From positions 88,664 through 152,663 of the forward strand of contig CAYFMJ010000001.1 of assembly GCA_964344235.1 (NCBI GenBank): a DNA stretch of 64,000 bases. Reading direction: 5' to 3'. The notes beneath the pieces are model-generated. The model saw only the letters and a list, made by a program, of their open reading frames with translations. It made no database searches and was not told where the DNA came from. Position 1 is the stretch's first letter; every line of letters begins with the position of its first letter. Both the position numbers and the translations under genes were made by a program. Positions 8,784 to 18,283 of this stretch are shown here, in pieces. This DNA is from an uncultured Methanosarcinales archaeon (GTDB lineage Archaea > Nanobdellota > Nanobdellia > Woesearchaeales > GW2011-AR9).

Positions 8784-9779
8784 TTACTTCATCTTTTGTA
8801 AGTATAGTTGCAGTTTCTTCCAGATTTTTTCTTTTGTATCTGAATCTATTGAAAGCCTTTGTATCTCTGCTTGCCAATCAACATCAGGAAGTTTAGTGAG
8901 GGTACCTTTAAACGTTCTACCTGCGAGGATTGATTGATGTTCAATCTCTTTAGCCAGTTCAGACCCAAAGAGTTTTGTTGCTTTAAATTTTGAAATGGTG
9001 TTAGCGCCAGATTTTAGTAGTGTTGAAACGTATTCGATTCGGTCTTCCCAAATCCCGCATTGGATATCTAATGTTGGAAATGCAATTCGAAGTTGAGATA
9101 TCCACCATGCTTGTTCTTCCACTGTAGGTTTTTGTGCCTTTTCGAAGGGGGTTCCTGCTTGTGGGATGAGCCCGTAGATGTGAATTTTGTTAATCCCATA
9201 CTTAGTTATGAAGTTTTTTAGTAAGGTAAGGTCCTCTCTTGTTTCACCCATCCCTACAATAAAAGTCATTGCCCTTTGTAGACCCATCTCTTGTGCGTTT
9301 TTAAACATGATTTCGTATGGTTTTAGGGGTTTAGAAGGGCAGACTTGTTTATGGAGTTCTGGATTGATTGTTTCAGTGGAGCCAACAACCCCTTTAATGT
9401 ATGGCTGGTAGCGTTGAAGTAATGGTTTAGCGACGGGTCCAACTGAAAGCCAGATCCTTTCTCCCGTAATTTCTACAGCTGCTTTGAGGAGAAATTCTAA
9501 TTCGTCTGGTTTCAGCACACCTATGCCCCCCGTGAAGAAGCCAATGTCCCAGCCAAGATGTTTAGCAAGAATGAACTCAGCGAGAATAGACTCATTACTC
9601 CTTTTTGTTTCTTTAACAACTTTTTCTTTTGGTTGGGTGCTCATATAACAAAATGTACAGTCTCCAATCATACAACCCCAGCTAAAGAAAATAGCTCTCT
9701 CGAATTTAGTCTCTAGGAGGAAGTTCTGCTTGAAAATAACTTCGGCTTGTTCAATTATTGTTATTGGTATTTGTTCCAT
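8784..9779 (-). CDS. Radical SAM enzyme (BioB/ThiH-like fold)
   Basis: CTFCYMS, a Cx3Cx2C-like cluster motif, near the N-terminus. TIM-barrel-sized at 331 aa. Confidence 0.65.
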   Translation of the reverse strand: MEQIPITIIEQAEVIFKQNFLLETKFERAIFFSWGCMIGDCTFCYMSTQPKEKVVKETKRSNESILAEFILAKHLGWDIGFFTGGIGVLKPDELEFLLKAAVEITGERIWLSVGPVAKPLLQRYQPYIKGVVGSTETINPELHKQVCPSKPLKPYEIMFKNAQEMGLQRAMTFIVGMGETREDLTLLKNFITKYGINKIHIYGLIPQAGTPFEKAQKPTVEEQAWWISQLRIAFPTLDIQCGIWEDRIEYVSTLLKSGANTISKFKATKLFGSELAKEIEHQSILAGRTFKGTLTKLPDVDWQAEIQRLSIDSDTKEKIWKKLQLYLQKMK

Positions 9780-9823
9780 AGGTGTCTATTTTCTTAGATT
9801 TTTTAAAAGAGTGATGGAAGTAA

Positions 9824-10591
9824 TTAGGTTCGTAATTTATAGCCGGTTTTAAAGAGATGGACACAGAGTAGGAAGAAGAATATTGTAAGGATGCTTACCA
9901 ACAGTATGGAATGGGTTAGAGGAACATCTGACACGCCAATGAAGCCGTAGCGGAATCCATCAACCATGTAGAGGATTGGGTTGAATTTTGCAACAGATTG
10001 CCAAATCCCAGGTAACATTTGGATTGAGTAGAACACCCCACCAAGATAGGTTAATGGTGTGATGAGGAATGTTGAAAAGACGCTCATTTGATCAAAGTTC
10101 TCTGCCCAGAGTGCAGTAACGATACCAGCAAAGGCAAACAGGAGAGATGTTGCGATGATAAAGAACAGTAAGAGAAAGAGGTTATGTACTGTTACTGTGG
10201 TGAAGAGTAAACTTACTGCGAGAATGCCAAAACCAACAAGTAACGCACGGATAATCGCCGCTATAGTTAAGCCAGCAATAATTTGCCAGTAGGCAATTGG
10301 AGACACGAGTAATTCTTCTATCCCTCGATGAAACCGTTGGATGTATAATGAGAATGACGTGGAAGCATAGGCACTCATGATAACCCCCATCATTAACAAT
10401 CCAGGAAGAATAAATTCTAGATACGACGTGCCAGCAATTTCTGAAATTCTTGACCCCAATGAGTAACCGAAGATTACAATGAAGAGTGAGGACGTTAAAA
10501 TAGGAGGGATAATGGTTTGTGTCCACACACGGAATGTCCGAGTTACTTCTTTTCGCGTTAATGTCCATAATGCGGTGAGGGTTGAAGTCAT
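9824..10591 (-). CDS. ABC-2 type transporter permease
   Basis: Six TM helices with an ABC-2 family pattern. Overlaps the start of the ATPase gene. Confidence 0.7.
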   Translation of the reverse strand: MTSTLTALWTLTRKEVTRTFRVWTQTIIPPILTSSLFIVIFGYSLGSRISEIAGTSYLEFILPGLLMMGVIMSAYASTSFSLYIQRFHRGIEELLVSPIAYWQIIAGLTIAAIIRALLVGFGILAVSLLFTTVTVHNLFLLLFFIIATSLLFAFAGIVTALWAENFDQMSVFSTFLITPLTYLGGVFYSIQMLPGIWQSVAKFNPILYMVDGFRYGFIGVSDVPLTHSILLVSILTIFFFLLCVHLFKTGYKLRT

Positions 10592-11316
10592 AGGTTTGTT
10601 AGTTCAATGAACACTTCCTCCAATTTTTTATCCTTGCCAGATGATTTTAGAAGATTTTCTTTTGTATCAAGTTTGATTATTTTGCCGTGATTAATTATTG
10701 CGATTCTTTCACATAATGCTTCTGCTTCCTCTAAATAGTGAGTTGTGAGAAGAATTGTTGTGCCTTCTTTGTTGAGTTGCTGCATATATTTCCACATAGT
10801 TTTACGTGTTTCAACATCGACACCGGCAGTTGGTTCATCTAAGATGAGGATTTTTGGTTTGTGCATTAGTGCACGAGCGATCATTAATTTACGTTTCATT
10901 CCCCCCGAGAGAGTTCGGGCCTGTTCGTTGCGCTTTTCCCATAAGTTAAGTGCAGTGAGAACTTCTTTGATTCGATCGTGGCGTTCTTTTGCAGGGATGC
11001 CGAAATAGCCTGCATTAAAGTAAAGAATGTTGTACACTTTTTCAAAGATATCGAAATTAAATTCTTGTGGCACTAATCCGATAAGTGCACGTGCTTCTTT
11101 GTAGTCTTCCGCTACATCTTTCTCAAAGAGTTTTACAGTTCCAGATGTTTTGTTTACTAGTCCAGTAAGAACCCCAATAGCTGTTGTTTTCCCAGCACCG
11201 TTAGGACCTAATAGACCAAAGAATTCTCCTTCGTTAATCTCTAGTGAGATGTTATCAACTGCTTTGGTATTAGGGTATGCTTTTGTGAGGTTTTTGATAG
11301 TGATTGCAGCAGCCAT
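10588..11316 (-). CDS. ABC transporter ATP-binding protein
   Basis: Walker A GPNGAGKTT. Signature LSGGMKRKL. Walker B ILILDEPT. H-loop. Confidence 0.9.
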   Translation of the reverse strand: MAAAITIKNLTKAYPNTKAVDNISLEINEGEFFGLLGPNGAGKTTAIGVLTGLVNKTSGTVKLFEKDVAEDYKEARALIGLVPQEFNFDIFEKVYNILYFNAGYFGIPAKERHDRIKEVLTALNLWEKRNEQARTLSGGMKRKLMIARALMHKPKILILDEPTAGVDVETRKTMWKYMQQLNKEGTTILLTTHYLEEAEALCERIAIINHGKIIKLDTKENLLKSSGKDKKLEEVFIELTNL

Positions 11317-11596
11317 CTGGCGTTGATAAGGGGAAGTTATTTATAGTTTTCGAGAATGGTACGTGTATGCCCCTCTACGCAGAAGGAATTTTATGGTATA
11401 TTGTTCTGTTAGATTGTATTGTTTACAACATTTTTGCATGGACTGGTTGGAGAAACAGAACAACACATTGGATCTCTCAATATTTTCCAATTAACAAATG
11501 GGTAGGGATTTGGTATTTGATTATGGTGTTGTGGTTAGGGTATTCTTTATTACGTATGGATATTATTTTGTTCCAGTGATTTTTGTGTTACAATAA

Positions 11597-11608
11597 TTTT
11601 TATAAATA
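11597..11608 (+). promoter_or_regulatory. TATA box (tttttataaata) upstream of icd
   Basis: About 21 nt upstream of the ATG at 11629. Confidence 0.4.
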
Positions 11609-11628
11609 TTAGATCAGATGTACTAGTT

Positions 11629-12819
11629 ATGGCCAACATTACATTTTCTGAAGGTGCTTGGAACATTCCGAATAATCCGGAGATTGGTTATATTATCGGT
11701 GATGGTATTGGCATTGATGTGACACCCGTAGCAATGCAGGTGTTAAACGCCGCGGTGGAGAAGGTGTATAATGGTGAGAGGAGGATCATGTGGAAAGAGA
11801 TTATTGTAGGAGAGAAAGCGGCAGAACAAGGAAAGGATAATTTAACAGAGGAGGCACTGCGGGAAATTGCGGATGCCAGAGTTGTGTTAAAAGGGCCGTT
11901 AACTACACCTGTTGGTTCTGGGTTTCGGTCACTAAATGTTGCGATTAGACAAAAGTTGGACCTGTATGCTTGTGTTCGCCCAGTAAGATGGTTTGAAGGC
12001 GTCCCTGCGCCAGTGAAGCAGCCGGAGAAATTAGATGTGGTTGTATTTCGAGAAAATACAGAAGATGTCTATGCGGGTATTGAGTTTCAGGAAGGAAGTG
12101 ATGAGGCGAGCGATATGATTGGTTTTTTGTGGGAGAAGGGAAAAGTTGTAAGGGGGGATTCTGGTATTGGGGTAAAGCCAATTAGTATAGCTGGTTCTAA
12201 AAGGTTAGTGAGGGCTGCGGTTAATTATGCATTAAAACACGGAAGAACCTCAGTTACATTAGTGCACAAAGGGAATATTATGAAATTTACTGAAGGTGCA
12301 TTTAAATCATGGGGGTATGAGGTAGCAAAGAAAGAGTTCGCAGATAGTGTTGTGATGGAGGGAGAAGAGGTTGAAGGAAAGATTGTTGTGAAAGATCGAA
12401 TTGCTGATGCGATGTTTCAACAATTATTACTGCGACCCGGGGAATATGATGTCATTGCAACAATGAACCTTAATGGAGATTATTTATCTGATGCGTGCGC
12501 TGCGCAGGTTGGTGGGCTAGGCTTAGCTCCAGGGGCGAATATAAATTATGAGCAAGGGATTGCCGTGTTTGAAGCGACGCACGGAACTGCTCCTAAGTAT
12601 GCAGGACAAGATAAAGTAAACCCAGGATCTGTTATTTTAAGTGGTGTGATGATGTTAGACCATTTAGGCTGGAAAGAGGCAGCAGCATTGGTTGTTAAAG
12701 CAATGACCAAAACAATTCAGCAGAAAAAAGTAACGTATGATTTGGAGCGGCAGATGGAAAGTGCAACACTAGTTTCTAGTTCTGAGTTTGGTAAGGCAAT
12801 TATTGAAAATATGGGTTAA
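11629..12819 (+). CDS. icd: Isocitrate/isopropylmalate dehydrogenase family enzyme, most likely NADP-isocitrate dehydrogenase
   Basis: The N-terminus and length (396 aa) match ICD-type beta-decarboxylating dehydrogenases. GDGIGIDV and [10 protein letters not shown] motifs are present. Confidence 0.75.
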   Translation: MANITFSEGAWNIPNNPEIGYIIGDGIGIDVTPVAMQVLNAAVEKVYNGERRIMWKEIIVGEKAAEQGKDNLTEEALREIADARVVLKGPLTTPVGSGFRSLNVAIRQKLDLYACVRPVRWFEGVPAPVKQPEKLDVVVFRENTEDVYAGIEFQEGSDEASDMIGFLWEKGKVVRGDSGIGVKPISIAGSKRLVRAAVNYALKHGRTSVTLVHKGNIMKFTEGAFKSWGYEVAKKEFADSVVMEGEEVEGKIVVKDRIADAMFQQLLLRPGEYDVIATMNLNGDYLSDACAAQVGGLGLAPGANINYEQGIAVFEATHGTAPKYAGQDKVNPGSVILSGVMMLDHLGWKEAAALVVKAMTKTIQQKKVTYDLERQMESATLVSSSEFGKAIIENMG

Positions 12820-12840
12820 AGTTTTTAAAAGAAGCAGGTA

Positions 12841-13356
12841 TTGGAAGAAGCGATGGATGCAAAAAAGATTGGCATGGTTATTTTGGTGGTAAGTATAGCA
12901 CTGTTAGTGGTATTTGTTCTGACGTCACAGAACCTGAGTACAGAAAGTGAACAACTAGGGTGTTTCAGTGATGAAAATTGTCAGCCGGTACAACAGTCTT
13001 TATCCTTGGTGAACGTAGGGTTTGGGTTTTTCGGGTTCATTCTCGCTCTTGGGTTTTACTTAGTATTTTTTTCAAAAGGAAATGAGGCTCTTTTGAATAA
13101 GTTAGAGAGTGAGGGCAAACGAATCGATGGAGAGGAACGGTTTTCTATTCTGTTAATGGGTTTAGATGATTTTGAAAAGAAAGTGGTGCAGGAAGTGAAG
13201 AAGCAGCAAGGCATTACACAAAATACTCTGCGGTTGCGAACAGATATGTCTAAATCGAAGTTAAGTCAGGTGTTGAGTGGCTTAGAGAAGAAAGGATTGG
13301 TTGTTCGGAAACAGCAAGGTAAGACGTTAGCAGTATTTTCTAAGGTTAATTTGTAA
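12841..13356 (+). CDS. Membrane-anchored wHTH regulator, paralogous in architecture to 5365..5853
   Basis: An N-terminal TM, a CxxxxC-containing periplasmic segment, a second TM, then a wHTH (ITQNTLRLRTDMSKSKLSQVLSGLEKKGLVVR). Confidence 0.5.
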   Translation: MEEAMDAKKIGMVILVVSIALLVVFVLTSQNLSTESEQLGCFSDENCQPVQQSLSLVNVGFGFFGFILALGFYLVFFSKGNEALLNKLESEGKRIDGEERFSILLMGLDDFEKKVVQEVKKQQGITQNTLRLRTDMSKSKLSQVLSGLEKKGLVVRKQQGKTLAVFSKVNL

Positions 13357-13362
13357 TCATGA

Positions 13363-13372
13363 ACGTTTAAAC
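13363..13372. promoter_or_regulatory. 10-bp palindrome CGTTTAAACG between the wHTH regulator gene and the dsbA-like gene
   Basis: Perfect palindrome. A further stem gttttgg...ccaaaac lies at about 13397-13428. Confidence 0.25.
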
Positions 13373-13461
13373 GGCTGAATTTTTTGTTTTAAGAGGTTTT
13401 GGTGGTTTGTGTTACGGCCCCAAAACATATATGGTTCTAGGAATTACTATTGTAAAAAACA

Positions 13462-14280
13462 TTGGAGGTTATGATAATGGATCCAGACCAAACGGGAGAA
13501 CAGCCGAAGCATGAGCACCGAGAACACCATGGGCATCATGAACATAAGGTGTCTCCAGTGAAACAGGAAAGTACGAGTTCTTCAAATTCTGAAGGAAAAC
13601 ATAAATTTTTAGTTGGAGCAGCAGTAGTGCAGGTGATTCTTTTGCTATACATTGCTTTCCAAGTTGCAGGCGGCGGAGTTGCTGGCGTTGGTTTAGAAGG
13701 CGGAGCAGTTGTTGACCCTGGCTATGGTGAAGCAGACGTGCCAAGCGCACCAATTGATATGGAGAGTTTAATGGATGACGATGCAATTAAAGGTGACCCA
13801 AATGCACCGGTTACAATCGTAGAGTGGAGTGACTTTGAATGTCCGTTCTGTGCACGGTTTTACTCTGATACTTTGAGCTTAATTGATGAGAAGTATATTC
13901 AAACGGGTAAAGTAAAGTTAGTCTACAGAGATTTCCCACTAAGTTTCCATCCAAACGCACAAAAATCTGCGGAAGCAGCAGAATGTGCAGGAGAACAAGG
14001 GAAGTACTACGAAATGCATGATTTACTGTTTGAGAGAGGCGTTGCAGGTGGTGTAACGTCATATAAGCAGTTTGCACAGCAACTTGGTTTGAACACGGCA
14101 GAGTTTAACACCTGCCTTGATTCCGGAGCAATGGCGTCAGAAGTTCAGAAAGACTTCGCTGATGGTCAAAGAGCAGGCGTTCAGGGAACACCAGGGTTTA
14201 TTGTCAATGGACAATTAATCTCAGGAGCACAGCCATTCCCGGTGTTTGAGCAAGTGATTGAAGCTGCACTACGTGGTTAA
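13462..14280 (+). CDS. DsbA-family thiol:disulfide oxidoreductase (secreted or anchored)
   Basis: An N-terminal TM anchor, then the DsbA CxxC active site WSDFECPFCARFY and C-terminal DsbA-like helices. His-rich N-terminus. Confidence 0.75.
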   Translation: MEVMIMDPDQTGEQPKHEHREHHGHHEHKVSPVKQESTSSSNSEGKHKFLVGAAVVQVILLLYIAFQVAGGGVAGVGLEGGAVVDPGYGEADVPSAPIDMESLMDDDAIKGDPNAPVTIVEWSDFECPFCARFYSDTLSLIDEKYIQTGKVKLVYRDFPLSFHPNAQKSAEAAECAGEQGKYYEMHDLLFERGVAGGVTSYKQFAQQLGLNTAEFNTCLDSGAMASEVQKDFADGQRAGVQGTPGFIVNGQLISGAQPFPVFEQVIEAALRG

Positions 14281-14327
14281 AATCTTTTTTTTCTTTTTTT
14301 AAAATTTTGTTTTAACAGAGGAAGAAT

Positions 14328-14714
14328 ATGGCATTAGATAGACAACAAAAGGCATTTTTGAAGAAATCAATTCCCTTTACGGCATTTATTGGGGGGTTGT
14401 GTTGTTTTATGCCAGTTGTGTTAGTGTTGTTTGGGTTAAGTAGTGTAACATTTGCGGCTTCTCTCTCAGACGTGTTGTATTACGATTACCGATGGGTGTT
14501 TCGGAGTGTTGCGTTGTTGTTGTTATTGGGAGCGTTGGGATGGTATTTTTACAAGAAGGAAGGAGTTTGTACGCTTGATGCGATGAAGAGGAAAAGGAGG
14601 AAGATTATTAACTTTACACTGCTTGTAATAGGGGTAGCAGTGATAGCATATATCATTTGGTTATATGTGATCGTTGAGATTATTGGGTTGTTACTAGGGA
14701 TATGGAATTTGTGA
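14328..14714 (+). CDS. Small membrane protein
   Basis: Three TM helices. Overlaps the next membrane gene, so it is in an operon. Confidence 0.35.
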   Translation: MALDRQQKAFLKKSIPFTAFIGGLCCFMPVVLVLFGLSSVTFAASLSDVLYYDYRWVFRSVALLLLLGALGWYFYKKEGVCTLDAMKRKRRKIINFTLLVIGVAVIAYIIWLYVIVEIIGLLLGIWNL

Positions 14715-15202
14715 AGAATATTGGGTGCGCACTACGGGAAGCGTATAGTGAAAAGAAGTATTATGTTATTAGTATTGGAGTGGCCGTCGTTATTTTTTTG
14801 TTGAATGTGTTAGTACATAATTACAAATTATTGTTTAGTGATGGTTCGTTGTTCTTTTCACTCGTTGTAGGGTTTTGGTATACTGTTTCGCCTATTGCGT
14901 TTTTCTTTTTGCTATTCTTAGCAGTATTTTCTGGAGTTGTAGTGTCGATGAGTTTGTACGTGTTACGAAGGCAGTTTAAGATAGGAGTAGCTGCTGGTTC
15001 CTCAAGTTTTGTGGCAGGATTAATTGCACCTGCTTGCCCATCCTGTGCATTAGGTTTACTCAGTGTGGTTGGATTAGGGGGGGTTGTTGGAATATTGCCG
15101 TTTAAGGGATTAGAATTAGGTTTTCTAGCAGTGGTGGTATTAGGGTGGTCGTTTATCTATCTATCAAAGAAAATAGCCACAACAGTGTGTGAGATCAAAT
15201 AG
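14702..15202 (+). CDS. Membrane protein with an intramembrane CPSC motif; possible DsbB/CcdA-like redox partner
   Basis: AGLIAPACPSCALGLL within a TM region. Five TM helices. Adjacent to the DsbA-like gene. Confidence 0.35.
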   Translation: MEFVKNIGCALREAYSEKKYYVISIGVAVVIFLLNVLVHNYKLLFSDGSLFFSLVVGFWYTVSPIAFFFLLFLAVFSGVVVSMSLYVLRRQFKIGVAAGSSSFVAGLIAPACPSCALGLLSVVGLGGVVGILPFKGLELGFLAVVVLGWSFIYLSKKIATTVCEIK

Positions 15203-15545
15203 GACAGCCACTCTTCTCAGCGAGAACTTCTGGTGTCAATGCGCCGTTCATTCTGGAGCCATCGGCAAATTCCCAAGTAGGGTATGATTGAATACCCTCG
15301 CTCTGGCAGTATTCTGTTTGTGATTGCCCATCAGGTAGAGAACATTCGATGTAGTTTACGTTGTCAAAGCTGTCTCCTAGCATTTTCTTCTGAGCATTGC
15401 AAGCACCACACCAAAACGCCCCGAACATTTTAACGTCATTATCTGTAAGGCATTGTGTTAATGCGTCATATTGTGTGTTTGAACAAGCGCTTAGAACAAA
15501 TAGCGCTGTTATTGCGAGAATGATAACAACGTTTTTAGATTTCAT
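15195..15545 (-). CDS. Secreted thioredoxin/glutaredoxin-fold protein with CGAC
   Basis: Lipobox-like signal sequence, then FGAFWCGACNAQK (thioredoxin CxxC). Confidence 0.6.
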   Translation of the reverse strand: MKSKNVVIILAITALFVLSACSNTQYDALTQCLTDNDVKMFGAFWCGACNAQKKMLGDSFDNVNYIECSLPDGQSQTEYCQSEGIQSYPTWEFADGSRMNGALTPEVLAEKSGCPI

Positions 15546-15601
15546 TTTTGGGAGAAGAGAGTATCCTTATTTAAGATTAATGGAAAAAAGAAAAGAAAAA
15601 A

Positions 15602-16129
15602 TTATTCCACGACGATTTTACCTTTCATGCCCATCGTTGCGTGAGGCTGGCAGACGTAATAGTACGTTCCTGGTTCGTCGAATGAAATTGTTGCTGTCTC
15701 ACCAAAACCAACTTCAAAACCACCGTTAAGAAGAGCTTTTTGGTTTTTGTTCCAGTTTTCTTCTGACACCTGTACAACGTTGTGGGTTGATCCTAGATCA
15801 AATGTTACAGAATCACCAACAGCAATGGTTACTTCATCTGGAGTAAATGTTAAACCTTCAGTTGTGACTTCAACACTAGGGGATTCAGAAGCTGGTTCTT
15901 CGAGAGTTTCTTCAGAGTCTTCTGTTTCCTCTAACTCTTCCGGTTCTTCATCTGTTTCAGTTTCTGGTTCGTCTTCAACAAAGAGTGGTTCTTCCTCTGC
16001 ATCTTCAGAGCTTTCCTCAACTGCTTCATCAGCTTGTGGAAGATCTTCTTCAACGGGTGCTTGCTGTGTGCAGCCAATGACAAGAGCGAGTGCAAGAATC
16101 GCTAATACTACAATCATTAATTTTTTCAT
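15602..16129 (-). CDS. Blue-copper (cupredoxin/plastocyanin-like) lipoprotein
   Basis: Lipobox IGCT. Acidic linker. Type-1 copper ligands: H (THNVV) and YYYVCQPHATMGMKG (C-x2-H-x2-M). Confidence 0.75.
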   Translation of the reverse strand: MKKLMIVVLAILALALVIGCTQQAPVEEDLPQADEAVEESSEDAEEEPLFVEDEPETETDEEPEELEETEDSEETLEEPASESPSVEVTTEGLTFTPDEVTIAVGDSVTFDLGSTHNVVQVSEENWNKNQKALLNGGFEVGFGETATISFDEPGTYYYVCQPHATMGMKGKIVVE

Positions 16130-16184
16130 ATATAATCACCTATGCTATTTATGGAAGAATGGAGGGTTGGGAGATATTTAAAGA

Positions 16185-17048
16185 TTACTCAACACAAGAC
16201 GCTAGATTTTGGTTTATTCGTGATTTGTTGAGTTTCTCTCCAATGAAAACGAGAGTGGATGGTTTATTTTCTGTTTCTTCTAGTTCCCATCTACCGACTA
16301 CGTAGTTAAGAAGAAAGGATTGGTTGTTTATGGTTATATACCCTTTAACACGGAAAATAGAATTGGGTAGGGAGTTAAGGAACTTGGTAAGTTTCGCTTT
16401 GTTGAGAGGTTGTGGTTGAATAAGGTGGGTTTCCATGTGATGATGGTGTTCTGATTTTGTGATGTGTTGATGAGTCGCTTCAATGCCAAGGAGAATGTTG
16501 AGGTCTATCTTGCAGTGATCTGTTTCAATAATTGGTGCTTTTAGGTTAATGGTTTTGATGATTTTTTTCACTTGCTCTGTTTCTTCTCTTTTAAGTAAAT
16601 CTATTTTGTTTAGCAGTAGAAGATCTGCGGTTTCAATCTGGATCTTGGCAGAACCCTTAACGTCTGGAAAGCGGTTTGTGATATCTGCATCAACAACGGT
16701 AATGACGGCGTCAAGCGTGATGTTAGGGATGTCAGAGATGTCAACAACTAAATTGTCTGCTTCCGCTATACCTGTTGTTTCGATGATAATTGTGTCAGGG
16801 GAGTAGAGTTCAATGATTTCCTGCAGTCCTGCTTCTAATTCTCCTTGTAAAGAGCAGCATACACAACCTTCAAGTAGTTCTTTCACTGCAATAGTATCAT
16901 GTTTAATCACTTCTGTATCGATGCCAACTTCCCCAAACTCGTTCATAAGAACAGCGATTTTTTTGTCTGTGTGTTTGAGAATGTGTTTTAGTAGAGTCGT
17001 TTTACCAGCACCGAGGTAGCCCGAGAGGAGGATTAAAGGGGTTTTCAT
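16185..17048 (-). CDS. COG0523/CobW-family G3E GTPase metallochaperone
   Basis: P-loop GYLGAGKTT. GCVCCS metal-binding motif. His-stretch SEHHHH. A C-terminal CobW_C-like domain. Confidence 0.8.
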   Translation of the reverse strand: MKTPLILLSGYLGAGKTTLLKHILKHTDKKIAVLMNEFGEVGIDTEVIKHDTIAVKELLEGCVCCSLQGELEAGLQEIIELYSPDTIIIETTGIAEADNLVVDISDIPNITLDAVITVVDADITNRFPDVKGSAKIQIETADLLLLNKIDLLKREETEQVKKIIKTINLKAPIIETDHCKIDLNILLGIEATHQHITKSEHHHHMETHLIQPQPLNKAKLTKFLNSLPNSIFRVKGYITINNQSFLLNYVVGRWELEETENKPSTLVFIGEKLNKSRINQNLASCVE

Positions 17049-17461
17049 TGTTGTTGTAATAGTAGTTCTTTAATTTTTGTACTTTTATGTTTATGTGGTT
17101 TGTAGGGTTTTGCTCTCAAAACTTTCGGGTAAAGATGAAGAGGGAGAAGTTTCTCAGAAAGTTGTTTCTCTGTGATAGGATGATCATATCCTAAGAGAAT
17201 GATGTCTGGTTTCTTTTCTTCAATTATTTTGAAATGGTTGTCGTGATGTCCTAACGTGGCTTCATCCACTATTTGCAGGCTTTTGACAAGTTTCAGTCGC
17301 TCCTGCTCGTCAAAGATGGTTTCTTTTTGTTGGTCTGTTTTTGTTTTATCTCTTGCTACTACTACAACAAGTTTGTCAGCGTGTTGTTTCGCTTGCTGGA
17401 AGTAGTCGAGGTGTCCGAGGTGGAGTACATCGAATGTTCCAAAACACATTACGCTAGTCAT
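17045..17461 (-). CDS. Cytidylyltransferase-fold nucleotidyltransferase (archaeal PPAT/RibL-like)
   Basis: (H/T)xGH motif CFGTFDVLHLGH. 138 aa. Confidence 0.6.
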   Translation of the reverse strand: MTSVMCFGTFDVLHLGHLDYFQQAKQHADKLVVVVARDKTKTDQQKETIFDEQERLKLVKSLQIVDEATLGHHDNHFKIIEEKKPDIILLGYDHPITEKQLSEKLLPLHLYPKVLRAKPYKPHKHKSTKIKELLLQQQ

Positions 17462-18032
17462 TTTGAGCTATAAACCGCAGTAATAACGCTACTGTACGGT
17501 CCTCTTTAATCTGTTTGTTCAAACACATTTGTTCAACTTCATCAAACGTTTTCCACGTTGGTTCAATGATCTCGCCATGATCGAGATGTTGGCCTTTTGG
17601 ATGCTCTTCAAATTCTTCAATACGAAAGCAGAATAAATCCCAACGCATCGTTGCACCACAAGTAGATGTGTGGATATGTTTTACTTTCTTTGCAACGATT
17701 CCTGCTTCCTCTAAACATTCGGTAATGATTCTCTTTTCAGCAGCCTGTTCAATGTATTCTTGACCTTTCTCTAATGCTTCCTCATATTCGTCAAGTGTTT
17801 CGAATACTTTTCCACCAGGAATGCGATAATCATACCCCTTCTGGGCTGGCCGGTATTCATGAATCATAAGAATTTTGTTGTCTTTTACGATAAGAGCTCT
17901 TGTTCCAGGAGAACGATACGCCCATTCGTATTCTAGTGTTCGTGTCGGTTCTTTCATTAATTGTCTGCGAACACCTACTATTTTACCAGAATACACTTCT
18001 TTAGGTTCTTCTAAAGGAATTGGTTTAGTCAT
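17454..18032 (-). CDS. Nudix hydrolase (ADP-ribose pyrophosphatase-like)
   Basis: GGKVFE...AAEKRIITECLEEAGI Nudix-like box with an insertion. Confidence 0.55.
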   Translation of the reverse strand: MTKPIPLEEPKEVYSGKIVGVRRQLMKEPTRTLEYEWAYRSPGTRALIVKDNKILMIHEYRPAQKGYDYRIPGGKVFETLDEYEEALEKGQEYIEQAAEKRIITECLEEAGIVAKKVKHIHTSTCGATMRWDLFCFRIEEFEEHPKGQHLDHGEIIEPTWKTFDEVEQMCLNKQIKEDRTVALLLRFIAQND

Positions 18033-18034
18033 TT

Positions 18035-18283
18035 TTATTCTCCTCTTATCCTGTAGGCGTCAACAACTTCGCCGTTACGGAAGACAACGACCCCTCTGTC
18101 TGCAACCCCCTCGTATAACAATACTCTATCTTCTTCAACAACGTTTAGAAGACCAGGAATATTAACAGTTTTTGTTCTCTTGCCAACTTGTAAATCGATT
18201 GTGGTGGAGTAAGGCCAATTTTCACAACCGATAACAGTTCCATCAATTGTGTGTAATGCTATCCCGTGTCCTGCAAATGTCAT
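18035..18283 (-). CDS. Small beta-rich hypothetical protein
   Basis: 82 aa. Starts 3 nt after the upstream AsnB-Dph6 gene. No diagnostic motif. Confidence 0.3.
   Translation of the reverse strand: MTFAGHGIALHTIDGTVIGCENWPYSTTIDLQVGKRTKTVNIPGLLNVVEEDRVLLYEGVADRGVVVFRNGEVVDAYRIRGE

Noticed and set aside
11304-11579. 91-aa ORF in the abc-icd intergenic gap
   Set aside because: Trp/Tyr-rich, and it overlaps the end of the ABC ATPase gene. There is no promoter spacing. Likely spurious.
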